Counted from the stretch's first letter, positions 17,150 to 26,590 are shown. The stretch: DNA of 64,000 nucleotides from Pontiella sp. (GCA_050290185.1 JBNKHE010000002.1:1-64000), one strand, 5' to 3'. Numbers and translations are program-made. Notes: generated by a model from the sequence alone, not told the origin.

Positions 17150-18724
17150 CTAATAGGGCAATTGGCCGACGATAAACGATACACTCTGGGCTGTCGCGAC
17201 ATTTTCAGCAGCCACTTTCGCGAACGACCGGATCCGTTCGGGGGCGATACCTTCGTCCAGCAACACCTGCACGGCCGCATCAGCTCGCTCCTTTGCCAGC
17301 TGCAACGCGGCCGCTTCGTCACCGCCGGGGCGCACCTTGCCGGTCACGGTCAGGTAGTACTGAGGCCAGGAGTTCAATGTATTGGCCAACGCCTTCAGCT
17401 CGCGCTGGCTTTGCAGATTGATCCGAGCCGTACCACGCCCGAACGAAATGGGTTCGGCCCGCAATTCGCCTACCGGCAGCAGCGATTCCCATTGCTGGTC
17501 GGTCAATGGCTCCAGTTTCTGCACACCCCGTACGGTCTCGTCGTCGCCTCCAAGATCAACCCCGGAAAGGACATTGACCTCCCGGCCAGGATGAAAGCTC
17601 TCGTTCTGCATTTCGCTCAGGATGCGATTAAAATACAACGCATTCGGCGACACAAAAGGGGTTTGCTCGTTGAGCGCACCGGTCTTGGACAAGACATCTG
17701 TAATTTTGAGAATGATGTCCTCAATGTTTTCCAGTGAATGGGCGTTCGGCGTCACCTCGAAGTGCGCATAGTTTTCCAGCGTGTTTTTCCAGCGAATTCC
17801 TTTCGCCAGCTGACGGGCCTCCGTGGTGCCGAGCTTTTCCCCCAGCTGTTCGGCATCGGCGACAATCGTCTCCGGCATGGATGCCCGCTTGTCGTAGGCC
17901 GTGCGGGCATAGTTCTCGACAACTTCCTTCGCCACGTCGTAGTGATCGATCAGGAACTGGCGTTCCACCACCAGTACGTCGACGATGTATCCCTTCAGCT
18001 TCGAGCTGTCGAGCAGGATGATCGCATTATCTTGCTTCAGCGCCTTCGAAACATCCGGCTCCCACATTGCATAGGCCACTGGCTTACGGCGGGAATCGCC
18101 CCGAAATTTCTTGTAGACCTCGCTCGAGCCATCCGCCGTGACCATCCATTTCTTTTCAGGAAGCTCCGGCAGGTTGAAGCTGGCAATCATGACACGGGCC
18201 AGCAGTTCCGACGGGGATTCCGGAGTCAGGACGATCCGGGCGTCGGAACGGTTGAGTGCATCGATCGATGGAACCGCATCGCGATAGGCGATGATGGCGT
18301 CAGCCCCCACCGTCTCGTCGATCACATACACCATCGAGGCCGGAAACTCGCCCAGCGCCAGACCGCTTTGAATGAATGAGTTGACAGGAAAAACCGCCAT
18401 ATCGACATCGCCGTCGCGCAGCGCCTTCATGCGGTGCATGTAGTCGGCTCCGTCATCTTCTACCGAAAACTTGATGCCCGAAGCGCCGAGCCGTTTCGCC
18501 AGTTCCGGCGAACGCAGGATGCAATAACCCGAAAAGCTGTCGGCGGCCACCCGCACGTTAATACGGTACTTGCCGCCGGACCCCGTCTGAAGCGCCAGCT
18601 TTTCCCGTTTCTTCTCTCGGAATTCCGGCAACACAAAATAGCGGAGGGTCCCCGCTATGCCGCCGATGATCACAATCCACAGGACCACCGCTATCAAGAC
18701 GCTCTTCGGAGTTCGTCCGGCCAT
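17150..18724 (-). CDS. Membrane-anchored SBP (NMT1-like)-OmpA-like fusion protein
   Basis: N-terminal TM, IDETVGADAI, MWEPDVSKA, IVDVLVV and a C-terminal ISFGRG...LAKERADA OmpA-like fold. Confidence 0.8.
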   Translation of the reverse strand: MAGRTPKSVLIAVVLWIVIIGGIAGTLRYFVLPEFREKKREKLALQTGSGGKYRINVRVAADSFSGYCILRSPELAKRLGASGIKFSVEDDGADYMHRMKALRDGDVDMAVFPVNSFIQSGLALGEFPASMVYVIDETVGADAIIAYRDAVPSIDALNRSDARIVLTPESPSELLARVMIASFNLPELPEKKWMVTADGSSEVYKKFRGDSRRKPVAYAMWEPDVSKALKQDNAIILLDSSKLKGYIVDVLVVERQFLIDHYDVAKEVVENYARTAYDKRASMPETIVADAEQLGEKLGTTEARQLAKGIRWKNTLENYAHFEVTPNAHSLENIEDIILKITDVLSKTGALNEQTPFVSPNALYFNRILSEMQNESFHPGREVNVLSGVDLGGDDETVRGVQKLEPLTDQQWESLLPVGELRAEPISFGRGTARINLQSQRELKALANTLNSWPQYYLTVTGKVRPGGDEAAALQLAKERADAAVQVLLDEGIAPERIRSFAKVAAENVATAQSVSFIVGQLPY

Positions 18725-18725
18725 A

Positions 18726-19625
18726 TCAACCCTTCCGCATGAGCTTTGAAATCACATTGATGCCGATAATCGCGATGATCACAACAAATATGAAATTGCC
18801 GTTCTTATGCTTCTTGGATGGCCGGGACTGCGAGGTTGAGCCATTTGTCTGGCGAGGTTGCGGCACCGGCCCGGGTCTGGATCCCAGCTGCGATCCAATG
18901 GGTTCGTTCCCGGTGGTAGCCAGTGAGGTGATGATCGCTGAGGCAGCCTCGGTTGGCAATCCCTGCAGTTCCTCAAAGGCTGCATCACCCGAAAGTCCAT
19001 CGGAGGCCGAACCCACTTCGGCAAACACCTCGCGGATCGCCTGACTTAGCGATGCCGGATCGTTGGCGCGGCGGTAGGAATGCACCGTTTTGGCCAACGT
19101 GTGGTCCTGCTGCATATCCACCCCTATCACATCCACGGTGATCCCCCGGGAAATGACATCCGGCGTGTAGCGTTGCACCATATTCTGATCCGAGGCCTCG
19201 CCATCGGTTACCACCAGCAGGCGATAGGAACCATAGCCAAACTGATCCTTGCGCGCTTTCAGCAAGCGATCCGCCCCCTTCTTAATGAATTCCCCCAGCG
19301 GGGTTCCGCCCGTGGCCGATACGCTATCAATCGCTCGGAACAGCTTCTCATCATCGCGCGGCCCAAGCGGATATTCCCATCTGCGGTACTCTCCAAAAAC
19401 CAGCAAGCCGATTTGGGTCGTGGGCGGCGTGTTCTTGACGACCTCCTTGATCGCCGACTTTGCGGCCTCGATCTTGCGGATGCTCGTGCCGCTCATACGG
19501 TCGTTCATCGAACCGGATGCATCCAGCACGATCACGACATTATCGACATAAACCTCCTGGGCTCCGGCTCCTAGCCCGGTTCCGGCCAATATCGCTATCA
19601 TCAGGATGACAAACAGATTTCGCAT
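18726..19625 (-). CDS. Extracytoplasmic von Willebrand factor A domain protein with a C-terminal membrane anchor
   Basis: Signal peptide, complete MIDAS (VLDASGSM, GGTPL, VTDGE), Pro-rich linker and C-terminal TM. Confidence 0.88.
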   Translation of the reverse strand: MRNLFVILMIAILAGTGLGAGAQEVYVDNVVIVLDASGSMNDRMSGTSIRKIEAAKSAIKEVVKNTPPTTQIGLLVFGEYRRWEYPLGPRDDEKLFRAIDSVSATGGTPLGEFIKKGADRLLKARKDQFGYGSYRLLVVTDGEASDQNMVQRYTPDVISRGITVDVIGVDMQQDHTLAKTVHSYRRANDPASLSQAIREVFAEVGSASDGLSGDAAFEELQGLPTEAASAIITSLATTGNEPIGSQLGSRPGPVPQPRQTNGSTSQSRPSKKHKNGNFIFVVIIAIIGINVISKLMRKG

Positions 19626-19645
19626 CTCCCCTCCCCCTTATTGTT

Positions 19646-21487
19646 TTAGAAGTCGAAGTCGGATTCGTTCATAACTTCGGGATTCACGCGGATCAGACGG
19701 AACTCGACACGCATGTTCTTTTCAGCTTCGGCCATGTTGGTCGGCTTGGGTATTACCGGATCGGCAATGCCGACGCCCACCGGTTGGATCTGGCTTTGGT
19801 CCAGAACCAGGTTGTTCTGCTTTGCGAAGGCCAGAATGGCCTCCTTGACCGCTTCGGCTCGCTTGCGGGAGAGGTTGAGCGCCGCCTGCATGGTTTCGCG
19901 CGGGTTCAGTCCGGACACACCGTCGAAATCTCCGCGCTTGATCGCGGCAGAAAGCTTGTCGATCTGCGTCAGGTCCAGTTCGGCGCCATTGAGGTAGTAG
20001 GTAAAGTTTCCACTGCTGCCGGTGCGCTTGAGCACCCCTTTTTGCATGCCGGCCCGAACGGCTTCAAGCAGGATCTTGGTCGGATCGGAATGGCCGCGGA
20101 CGGCCACGACGGCATTGCCATACTTTTCAGACAGTTCGACCACCTTCTGGAATTCAACGCCATACTGCGTGGCGCTGAAATCTTCCTGGTTCGGCGCAAA
20201 GTTGATGGAAAACTCGTAGATCGTGTTTTCATCCAGCTGCCCGCCCGCATTCAGCGCTTCGATTTCGCCCAGCACCGCTTCAGCACGGAAACGCTCCTGC
20301 TTGCTGGAATCGAGCTTCGTCAGATATTGAGTAAAGGCAGGGGAGTCCCAGTTGAGGGTATTCGGCGAGAGGCCGGCCCGCACCTTGGCATAGCCGCGGG
20401 TCTGCGCGAGATCCAACGCCGATTTCTGGAAGGCCTCGAACCCGCTCGGGTTGTTTGCATCGCGGAAGAACTTCAGGTTCCCGGGATAGCCCACATAGGC
20501 GCAGTCGAGAATCAGGCCATAGGCATCGTCGGCGATCGTCGGAAGAACGTCCTTGCCGTAGATATTCTGGGCCATCTTCAGCAGGTTCTCGAACGACTTG
20601 CTGCCGTTTGATTCATACAGCTTCTTCATGTCGACCACATCTTCGCAAGCTTTCAGGTAGCCGGTCGTAAACTTTTCGCACCAGTCTCGATGAGCATCGT
20701 AGAAATCCTTGCGGACCACATACACGTCCGCGATGGAACGCGAACGCTCGGCGGTGGACGCCAGCACACGGGCGCCTTTCACGGTACCTTCCAGACCGGT
20801 ACCGACACTTTGAAGGCCGCTGGTCAAACCGAGCATATCCGGGGAGATCACAAAGCAGACATCAATGCTCTTGTCCTTGCGGAACATGGCCGCGGGGCTC
20901 TGGTCGCTTCCTGTCAGATCCTTCGCCCACACCACATTGACGTCGTCCCAGGTGAGGCCGGCATCCTTGAGCAGGTCGTCCAGCAGACCTTCGTGCGGGC
21001 CGCCGCGCTGCAGGCAGACCTTGGCGCCCTTCAGATCCTTGATCGTTTTGATCTGCTCCCGCGCCACGGCATGGTCGCCGGCGGACCAGGTTAGCTGGAA
21101 CAACACGACGCCCTTGGTACGCGGGTCGCTGCCGATCACCTCCGACGCCATCCCCATCATACGGAAGGTCCCGCGCAAGAACGGAGATTTTCCGGACATG
21201 TAGTCCCTGACCTGCTGGATAAAATCATCCCCCGGAACAAGATTGAGCGATAATCCCTGCTTGCCGTAGATGCTGTCGGACGTGGTTTTCAAGCCGCCGT
21301 TGGCGTGAAACGTCGCAACGTCGCCGCCCCAGACAATAAACGGCACCTGAAGCTGCTGCGCCTCCTTTACTTGACCCACCTTGACGGAACCGACAAGATC
21401 GTGAAAGGTTTCACCGCTGGCCCCCATGGCACCCACGAGCAGTGCGATTGCAATAAACGATTTCCCCAGTAGTTTGCTCATATCCAT
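19646..21487 (-). CDS. Secreted SBP (NMT1/THI5-like)-OmpA-like fusion protein
   Basis: Signal peptide, TWSAGDH, IADVYVVRKDF and OmpA_C motifs VRGHSD...LSRKRAEAVK...KNMRVEF. Confidence 0.82.
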   Translation of the reverse strand: MDMSKLLGKSFIAIALLVGAMGASGETFHDLVGSVKVGQVKEAQQLQVPFIVWGGDVATFHANGGLKTTSDSIYGKQGLSLNLVPGDDFIQQVRDYMSGKSPFLRGTFRMMGMASEVIGSDPRTKGVVLFQLTWSAGDHAVAREQIKTIKDLKGAKVCLQRGGPHEGLLDDLLKDAGLTWDDVNVVWAKDLTGSDQSPAAMFRKDKSIDVCFVISPDMLGLTSGLQSVGTGLEGTVKGARVLASTAERSRSIADVYVVRKDFYDAHRDWCEKFTTGYLKACEDVVDMKKLYESNGSKSFENLLKMAQNIYGKDVLPTIADDAYGLILDCAYVGYPGNLKFFRDANNPSGFEAFQKSALDLAQTRGYAKVRAGLSPNTLNWDSPAFTQYLTKLDSSKQERFRAEAVLGEIEALNAGGQLDENTIYEFSINFAPNQEDFSATQYGVEFQKVVELSEKYGNAVVAVRGHSDPTKILLEAVRAGMQKGVLKRTGSSGNFTYYLNGAELDLTQIDKLSAAIKRGDFDGVSGLNPRETMQAALNLSRKRAEAVKEAILAFAKQNNLVLDQSQIQPVGVGIADPVIPKPTNMAEAEKNMRVEFRLIRVNPEVMNESDFDF

Positions 21488-21583
21488 GCTCCCGCTTGAT
21501 TAGTTCCCCTAAAACGTAGATCGACACTTCTTGCAATAAGGTTACACTCCTTCACTCACCCCTTCAAGAAGCAGGGATGAAAA

Positions 21584-22153
21584 TCATTCCTTGTCGTTTT
21601 TCGAAGTATTTATCTTTTGCTTGGCCTCTTCCCAGCGCATGAGGAAATATTTGGCAAACCGCGAGGCGCCCGGCAGCAACCCGATTACCGCGCGCCCAAG
21701 ACTGACCGGCAGGAAGATAGTCACTGCGCACAGAATGCCGATCACGCGTCCGGTTTTCACGCCTTGACGATAGCGAGGCGAGCGCGTCCAGCGGGTGGCA
21801 GGAATGGCCAGATAGACCTGCATGAACCCATCGACACCGCCCACCAGATGCGGAGTCAAGCGGACCTGCTTTTCAAGGTAGTCCTTGAGCTCCACGTTCT
21901 TTTTCCGCAGATAATCGACTGCCGCCTCGCGACCCCGGTCGGCTTGCTTCAGGAATCCCTCGAACAGCTCTCTGACCTTCTGATTCCCCGCCCATTCGTC
22001 AAACAGTTCGCAGATCTTTTCCTGGCCACTGTCCTTCAAGGCAACGAAGTCGTCCAGCATCATGTCCCAGGTTACCCCCAGCTGCTCGATTAAATCCTTC
22101 GCCATTCCCTTACCAAGCGTCCACAATTTATCAATCCCCTTGCCCTTGCTCAT
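21584..22153 (-). CDS. Hypothetical protein with a C-terminal hydrophobic segment, first gene of the cluster
   Basis: 189-aa ORF with a strong AAGGAGG RBS. Confidence 0.7.
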   Translation of the reverse strand: MSKGKGIDKLWTLGKGMAKDLIEQLGVTWDMMLDDFVALKDSGQEKICELFDEWAGNQKVRELFEGFLKQADRGREAAVDYLRKKNVELKDYLEKQVRLTPHLVGGVDGFMQVYLAIPATRWTRSPRYRQGVKTGRVIGILCAVTIFLPVSLGRAVIGLLPGASRFAKYFLMRWEEAKQKINTSKNDKE

Positions 22154-22189
22154 ATAATCCTCCTTGTTTCCGGATGTGCATACGTTCCC

Positions 22190-22206
22190 ATCAAGAAGTT
22201 GGCCAA
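22190..22206 (-). promoter_or_regulatory. Possible sigma54 -24/-12 promoter (TTGGCCAACTTCTTGAT)
   Basis: TGGC-N7-TTGA has the correct spacing, with A in place of the consensus C at -12. It lies 37 nt upstream of ATG 22153 with an AT-rich tract further upstream. Confidence 0.4.
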
Positions 22207-22529
22207 GCCATTACAAACCACAGTGTTTTTTAGAACCATTCATCCACTGATGATTCAGAGTAATAATAGATAATCACAGGTATCATGTTGGAGGGGCGAC
22301 GTCATCCTCGACCTTTCTTCGGCATAGCTCAGAACAGGCGGACAGCCAATATGAGTCGTGTTCCGCGCCAACGTGGTCACGCGGCGAGGACGCTATCCCT
22401 GCAATAAACCGCAACCGAAACTACAGTTTCTTTATCCGCCCCAGCCCAGCTCAATAATCAGGGAGTTGCTCTACGGAGTATAGGTGCTAGACGCCATTCG
22501 CGGAGTCGGATATGGTTCGTACGACCTGC

Positions 22530-24431
22530 CTACTTAGAGTGAGGCTTCAGCACCTCGATGTTGGGTTTCTGCGGTTGCTTCATGCCATCACCCATGAAGA
22601 ACGAGGTGTGCGGCGGCTGATTGTAGGCCACGTTCTGCCAGGCGATGGACAAGCGGTATATGGGATCCTGCATCAGGGTGATCAGGCGGCGCTTTGCCGG
22701 GATAGTAGTAGTGAAAATGCGAAGTTCCTTGTTATCGTCCGTGCGCCAGACAACCTCTTCGCGGTAATCGCCGAACAGATCGGCCGAGAGGCATGGAGTG
22801 GATTTGGTTCCGTTGTTGGCCGCGCAGTCGTATTCCGATGCATCCAGCAGCGTTTCCTGCTTTCCGGTCTTCCAATCGTATTTGGTGATCTTCGTTCCGT
22901 CCAAAAGTTCCTGCAGGTCATCATCGTCCCAGTTAACGACAAAGTTGATCGGCAGGCGGTATTTCTCAGAAATCACATTCCCCTTTGCATCGAACAGCGG
23001 AACCCCGGACGAAGCCCAAAGTTCATAGCCGGGATGCGTGGGGTCGATGTCCGCCGCGCAGCCCCGCCCCGTATCCCGACCGGCTTCATGGCGAAATATG
23101 ATTTCACCGGTTCCGGCATCGCGGAGTGCAGCCCCGTACGGCGGATGTTCCTGACAGGTCCAGTATTCAAGCCCCGGCCGGTCTGGATCCAGATCGGTAA
23201 AATGGCCGGCATCCCCATGTCCCATCCCCGTGGTATAGAGTCCCGTGCCATCGTCATCCACGCACATGGCCCCGTACAGGATTTCATCCTTCCCATCGCC
23301 ATCCACATCCCCCACCGCAAGGTTGTGGTTGCCCTGCCCCGCATATTCGCCTTCCACCTTATCGGAATCAAAGACCCACCGCTTCACCAACTTTCCAGCC
23401 ACCAGATCCCACGCCACAAGAAACGTACGGGTGTAGTAGCCGCGACACATCACCACGGATGGGTGCACGCCGTCCAGATAAGCCACACATGCCAGGAAAC
23501 GATCGCAGCGATTGCCGTACCCGTCTCCCCATATTTGCTTAAGCTCATCGCTGGATGGCTCAAGCTCGTCAGATCCGGGAATACGGTACGGCACGTAGTC
23601 GGTAGTGCAAATGGCTGCACCGGTCACTCCGTCGAAACAAGTCAGGAACTCCGGTCCTTCCAGAATGTAGCCCCCGTTGTTGCGCCACTTCTTTCCATGA
23701 CCGATCTTCTTTGCAACACCGTCTTCCGTTCCGTCAGCCGTCTTGCAGATCAATTCCGCCTTTCCCTCCCCGTCAAAGTCGTAAACCATGAATTGCGTAT
23801 AGTGGGCGCCGGCCCGAATGTTATGCCCCAGGTTAATCCGCCAGAGCTTGGCTCCATTGAGTCTATAGGCATCCAGATACACCTCGTCCGTATCGCCCGA
23901 CTGGGAATTGTCATGGGCATTTTCAGGATCCCATTTCAGAATAATTTCATACTGCCCGTCGCCATCCAAATCACCGACCGAACAGTCGTTTGCGACATAG
24001 CCGCTTCCTGGGGGATCAAGCTCGATGGAAAGATAGGGTTTCGCTTCTTCCGGAACTTCCACAACGCAAGGTGTCCCTGTTGCGCTGTTGGAGATCGGCA
24101 AGATGAAGTAGCGCATCCCTCGGCGGACCTTTCCCGGATTGCTATCTACAAAATCCGTGGTCTTCGCAATCGGCTTGTCATTGACCTTGGTGGGTTTCGT
24201 CCCCGGCGGCTTTCGGTACACATCAAATGTGATGTCGTCCGGATCCGTCGCCAGCAGGCGCCAGCTCATGTAGACGCGATCTCCTTGATTGACCGCCACC
24301 ATTCCCCGATCAAGATATTCCATCTGCCGAGGTGGAAGGTCTTTTTCTGTCGCCAAGACATTCGTCTCGGAATGCGCGGTATGCATTAGGAAAAGGCAAC
24401 CGAAAATCAGCAATGGTATTTTCATAAACAT
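22530..24431 (-). CDS. Rhamnogalacturonan lyase, polysaccharide lyase family 11 (YesW/YesX-like)
   Basis: RQMEYLDRG, SWRLL, GDLDGDGQYEII.KWDP, NIRAGAHYTQF, GQGNHN, GHGDA and WQNVAYNQPPH. Confidence 0.93.
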   Translation of the reverse strand: MFMKIPLLIFGCLFLMHTAHSETNVLATEKDLPPRQMEYLDRGMVAVNQGDRVYMSWRLLATDPDDITFDVYRKPPGTKPTKVNDKPIAKTTDFVDSNPGKVRRGMRYFILPISNSATGTPCVVEVPEEAKPYLSIELDPPGSGYVANDCSVGDLDGDGQYEIILKWDPENAHDNSQSGDTDEVYLDAYRLNGAKLWRINLGHNIRAGAHYTQFMVYDFDGEGKAELICKTADGTEDGVAKKIGHGKKWRNNGGYILEGPEFLTCFDGVTGAAICTTDYVPYRIPGSDELEPSSDELKQIWGDGYGNRCDRFLACVAYLDGVHPSVVMCRGYYTRTFLVAWDLVAGKLVKRWVFDSDKVEGEYAGQGNHNLAVGDVDGDGKDEILYGAMCVDDDGTGLYTTGMGHGDAGHFTDLDPDRPGLEYWTCQEHPPYGAALRDAGTGEIIFRHEAGRDTGRGCAADIDPTHPGYELWASSGVPLFDAKGNVISEKYRLPINFVVNWDDDDLQELLDGTKITKYDWKTGKQETLLDASEYDCAANNGTKSTPCLSADLFGDYREEVVWRTDDNKELRIFTTTIPAKRRLITLMQDPIYRLSIAWQNVAYNQPPHTSFFMGDGMKQPQKPNIEVLKPHSK

Positions 24432-24501
24432 ACCTTCTTACATTATTGATCCACCATCGCTTTACAATGGGCCATAGCGGCCCAGTTCTATACAAATTCA
24501 C

Positions 24502-26010
24502 TCACATCTTTGAATTTAAAGGAATGCGCACGTTCATCGGATAGCCAGAAAGTTTCCGCGAGAGGGCCTGCTTGAGCAACGGAACCCCGCCGGCACTAAA
24601 CGGCTTGCTATAGGCCCGGATTTCCTCTTGCAGCACGGCCGCCTCCCCCACCTTCGCAGCGACGACCAACGTCTCCATTGCGGCATAGATTTCGGGGCGG
24701 ACATTCGCGGTGGCACAGACAAAGCCGGCCGCGCCCTGCTGCACCGGGTCGTAGAGGTTCGTGCTGCTGCCGACAAAGTAGCGCGGCGTATACTCCATCA
24801 GTTCCAGGTTTTGCGCGGAATCCTTGATGGCATAGTGCGGAACGGATTTAAGAATTTCCGGTGTGATGGGATTTCCGGAATGCTTCGGAAAATTGTAAAG
24901 GATGAACGGCACGTCGGCCTTGGCCTCCAGCGCCGAGAAGTAGTCGATGATTCCGGTTTCAGAAAGTCCCGCCGGATAAATGGGCGGCAATGCAGCCACC
25001 GCATCCACCCCCAGCTCATTCGCCCACTCCACCTCGATCATGTTTTGCGCGAGTCCAGTGCCCCCCGCGTGCAGCACGATCAGACCGGGAAAATAGCGGC
25101 GTGCCAGCTTCAGCAGCGTCTTGCGCTCTTCGGGCAGCAACGAATAGAACTCCGCCGTCGTGCCATTCACCATGATGCGATGGATGCCATGATGCGCGAG
25201 AAATTCCAGATGCCGGATAAAGGCTCGCTGGTCAATGGCACCGGATTCATCGAACGGTGTGAGGACCGGAACGATCAGCCCCTTCAAACCGACTTCAGCA
25301 TATTCCGCGGCAAACAGATTCCGGTGATCATGAAACAGTTCTTCGGAAACCGACTCGATTTCAAGCTGGTACTCTGTATCGCAGTACAGGTGCAGATCCG
25401 CCCATTTCTTGCTCTCGGCACCATATTCCGAAAACTCACGCAGATTGCTCTGAAGGAAAGTGGATATCGCCTTATCGCGGTCGTAGCCACGATCCCCGAT
25501 ATCGCGCACGACCCGCGTAGCCAGCTGAGTTTTCCAGTCGGAATCGATGAAGATGGAAAAGTCGACCAGATCGCGTAAATCGCGATAGGTTGCAATTTCA
25601 CCATCCAGAATGTTGAAATGTTTGGCTTCGTAGGGCGTCGAGTCGGTAGCCTCGCCCGTTTCCTTGTTGTAGAGCGGCCGGCGAACGGTCCGCCCGGCCC
25701 GAATCTCCATTAGATGATCCTTAAGTAGATCCAGCTTGTTGGCCTCGGGATGCGGGCCGAAAATATTCCGTTCCGCCCGGAAGGCACGCGAGGTCTTGTA
25801 GTCGTCCAAACGTAAAACGGCCGATTCGCCAAGCTGAGCCGCCAATACCTTGGAAAAGGTTGATTTCCCCGTACCGCCGGGTCCGCCGACCGCAACGAGA
25901 ACCGGAGTTCTCCTGTTGCCAAACAGGGAATTAAGCAAATCCGCCACCACCTGCTCCGGTGCATGGCGGCTTCCATTCTTCAGGGAAATATGGGCTTTGT
26001 ATTTATGCAT
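24502..26010 (-). CDS. Fusion of a phosphoribulokinase/uridine-kinase-like P-loop kinase and a DHDPS/NAL-family class I aldolase
   Basis: N-half GGPGGTGKST, LDDY, HPEAN, DFSIFID, RD..DRGY. C-half VPVLTPF, NGTTAE, LYNFP, IKDS. Start uncertain. Confidence 0.8.
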   Translation of the reverse strand: MHKYKAHISLKNGSRHAPEQVVADLLNSLFGNRRTPVLVAVGGPGGTGKSTFSKVLAAQLGESAVLRLDDYKTSRAFRAERNIFGPHPEANKLDLLKDHLMEIRAGRTVRRPLYNKETGEATDSTPYEAKHFNILDGEIATYRDLRDLVDFSIFIDSDWKTQLATRVVRDIGDRGYDRDKAISTFLQSNLREFSEYGAESKKWADLHLYCDTEYQLEIESVSEELFHDHRNLFAAEYAEVGLKGLIVPVLTPFDESGAIDQRAFIRHLEFLAHHGIHRIMVNGTTAEFYSLLPEERKTLLKLARRYFPGLIVLHAGGTGLAQNMIEVEWANELGVDAVAALPPIYPAGLSETGIIDYFSALEAKADVPFILYNFPKHSGNPITPEILKSVPHYAIKDSAQNLELMEYTPRYFVGSSTNLYDPVQQGAAGFVCATANVRPEIYAAMETLVVAAKVGEAAVLQEEIRAYSKPFSAGGVPLLKQALSRKLSGYPMNVRIPLNSKM

Positions 26011-26104
26011 GCACCGAAATCTACCGGATTTGGAAAGCATGGAAAACCAACTTTGCAATCTTTGGAAAGCACCGTATGATTCCACCAGTAAACGGAGGTC
26101 ACCC

Positions 26105-26389
26105 ATGAGAGGACACATCATTGCCGAAACCCAATTCCTGCATCAAGGCATCGACCACCACCTGTTCGTAACGGCCATAGAAAACGCCGAACACGAATAC
26201 CGTTTCGAGGTACGGCGTATTGCACCGGGTGCCGACCATCCTGAAACGGTCTTCGAGAAGGTCGTCGATCTTTCAGCCGAACTGGCCCAGTGCCCCAACA
26301 CCACCATCGATCAGCTCATCAACGCCGAGCTTTCCTCCATCAAGCACGAGGTCAACATCGAGGAAGACATTCACGCGCACGATCCTTAA
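26105..26389 (+). CDS. Small acidic, His-rich hypothetical protein (94 aa)
   Basis: GGAGG RBS before ATG 26105; fills the gap divergent from the kinase-aldolase gene. Confidence 0.6.
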   Translation: MRGHIIAETQFLHQGIDHHLFVTAIENAEHEYRFEVRRIAPGADHPETVFEKVVDLSAELAQCPNTTIDQLINAELSSIKHEVNIEEDIHAHDP

Positions 26390-26552
26390 TGGCAGGCGCA
26401 TACCTCCAACCGCGCCGTTGCACATGCGTTCCTTGTTGATCGGCTTCCAGTACGTCCACATTTCCACCCAAACATACCTTGTACGTGTTTGCCGTCCATC
26501 GCGGCCAACAAACCTGCTCTTGGCACGCAACATAGCAGGAAGCTTCGTCTAC

Positions 26553-26590
26553 AAAAGAAAACCCGGAGATCCTTGCGGAGGCTCCGGGTT
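26553..26590 (-). terminator. Intrinsic terminator of gltBD
   Basis: AACCCGGAG...CTCCGGGTT hairpin with an A-rich tract on +. Confidence 0.7.

Noticed and set aside
22154..22529. Riboswitch (e.g. guanidine class) upstream of the ABC-containing cluster
   Set aside because: The SBP resembles urea-carboxylase-region proteins, but I could not identify riboswitch consensus elements or a leader terminator; an Rfam scan would settle it.
26273..26533. 86-aa minus-strand ORF after the gltD terminator
   Set aside because: It overlaps the better-supported plus-strand gene and lacks an RBS or recognisable features.
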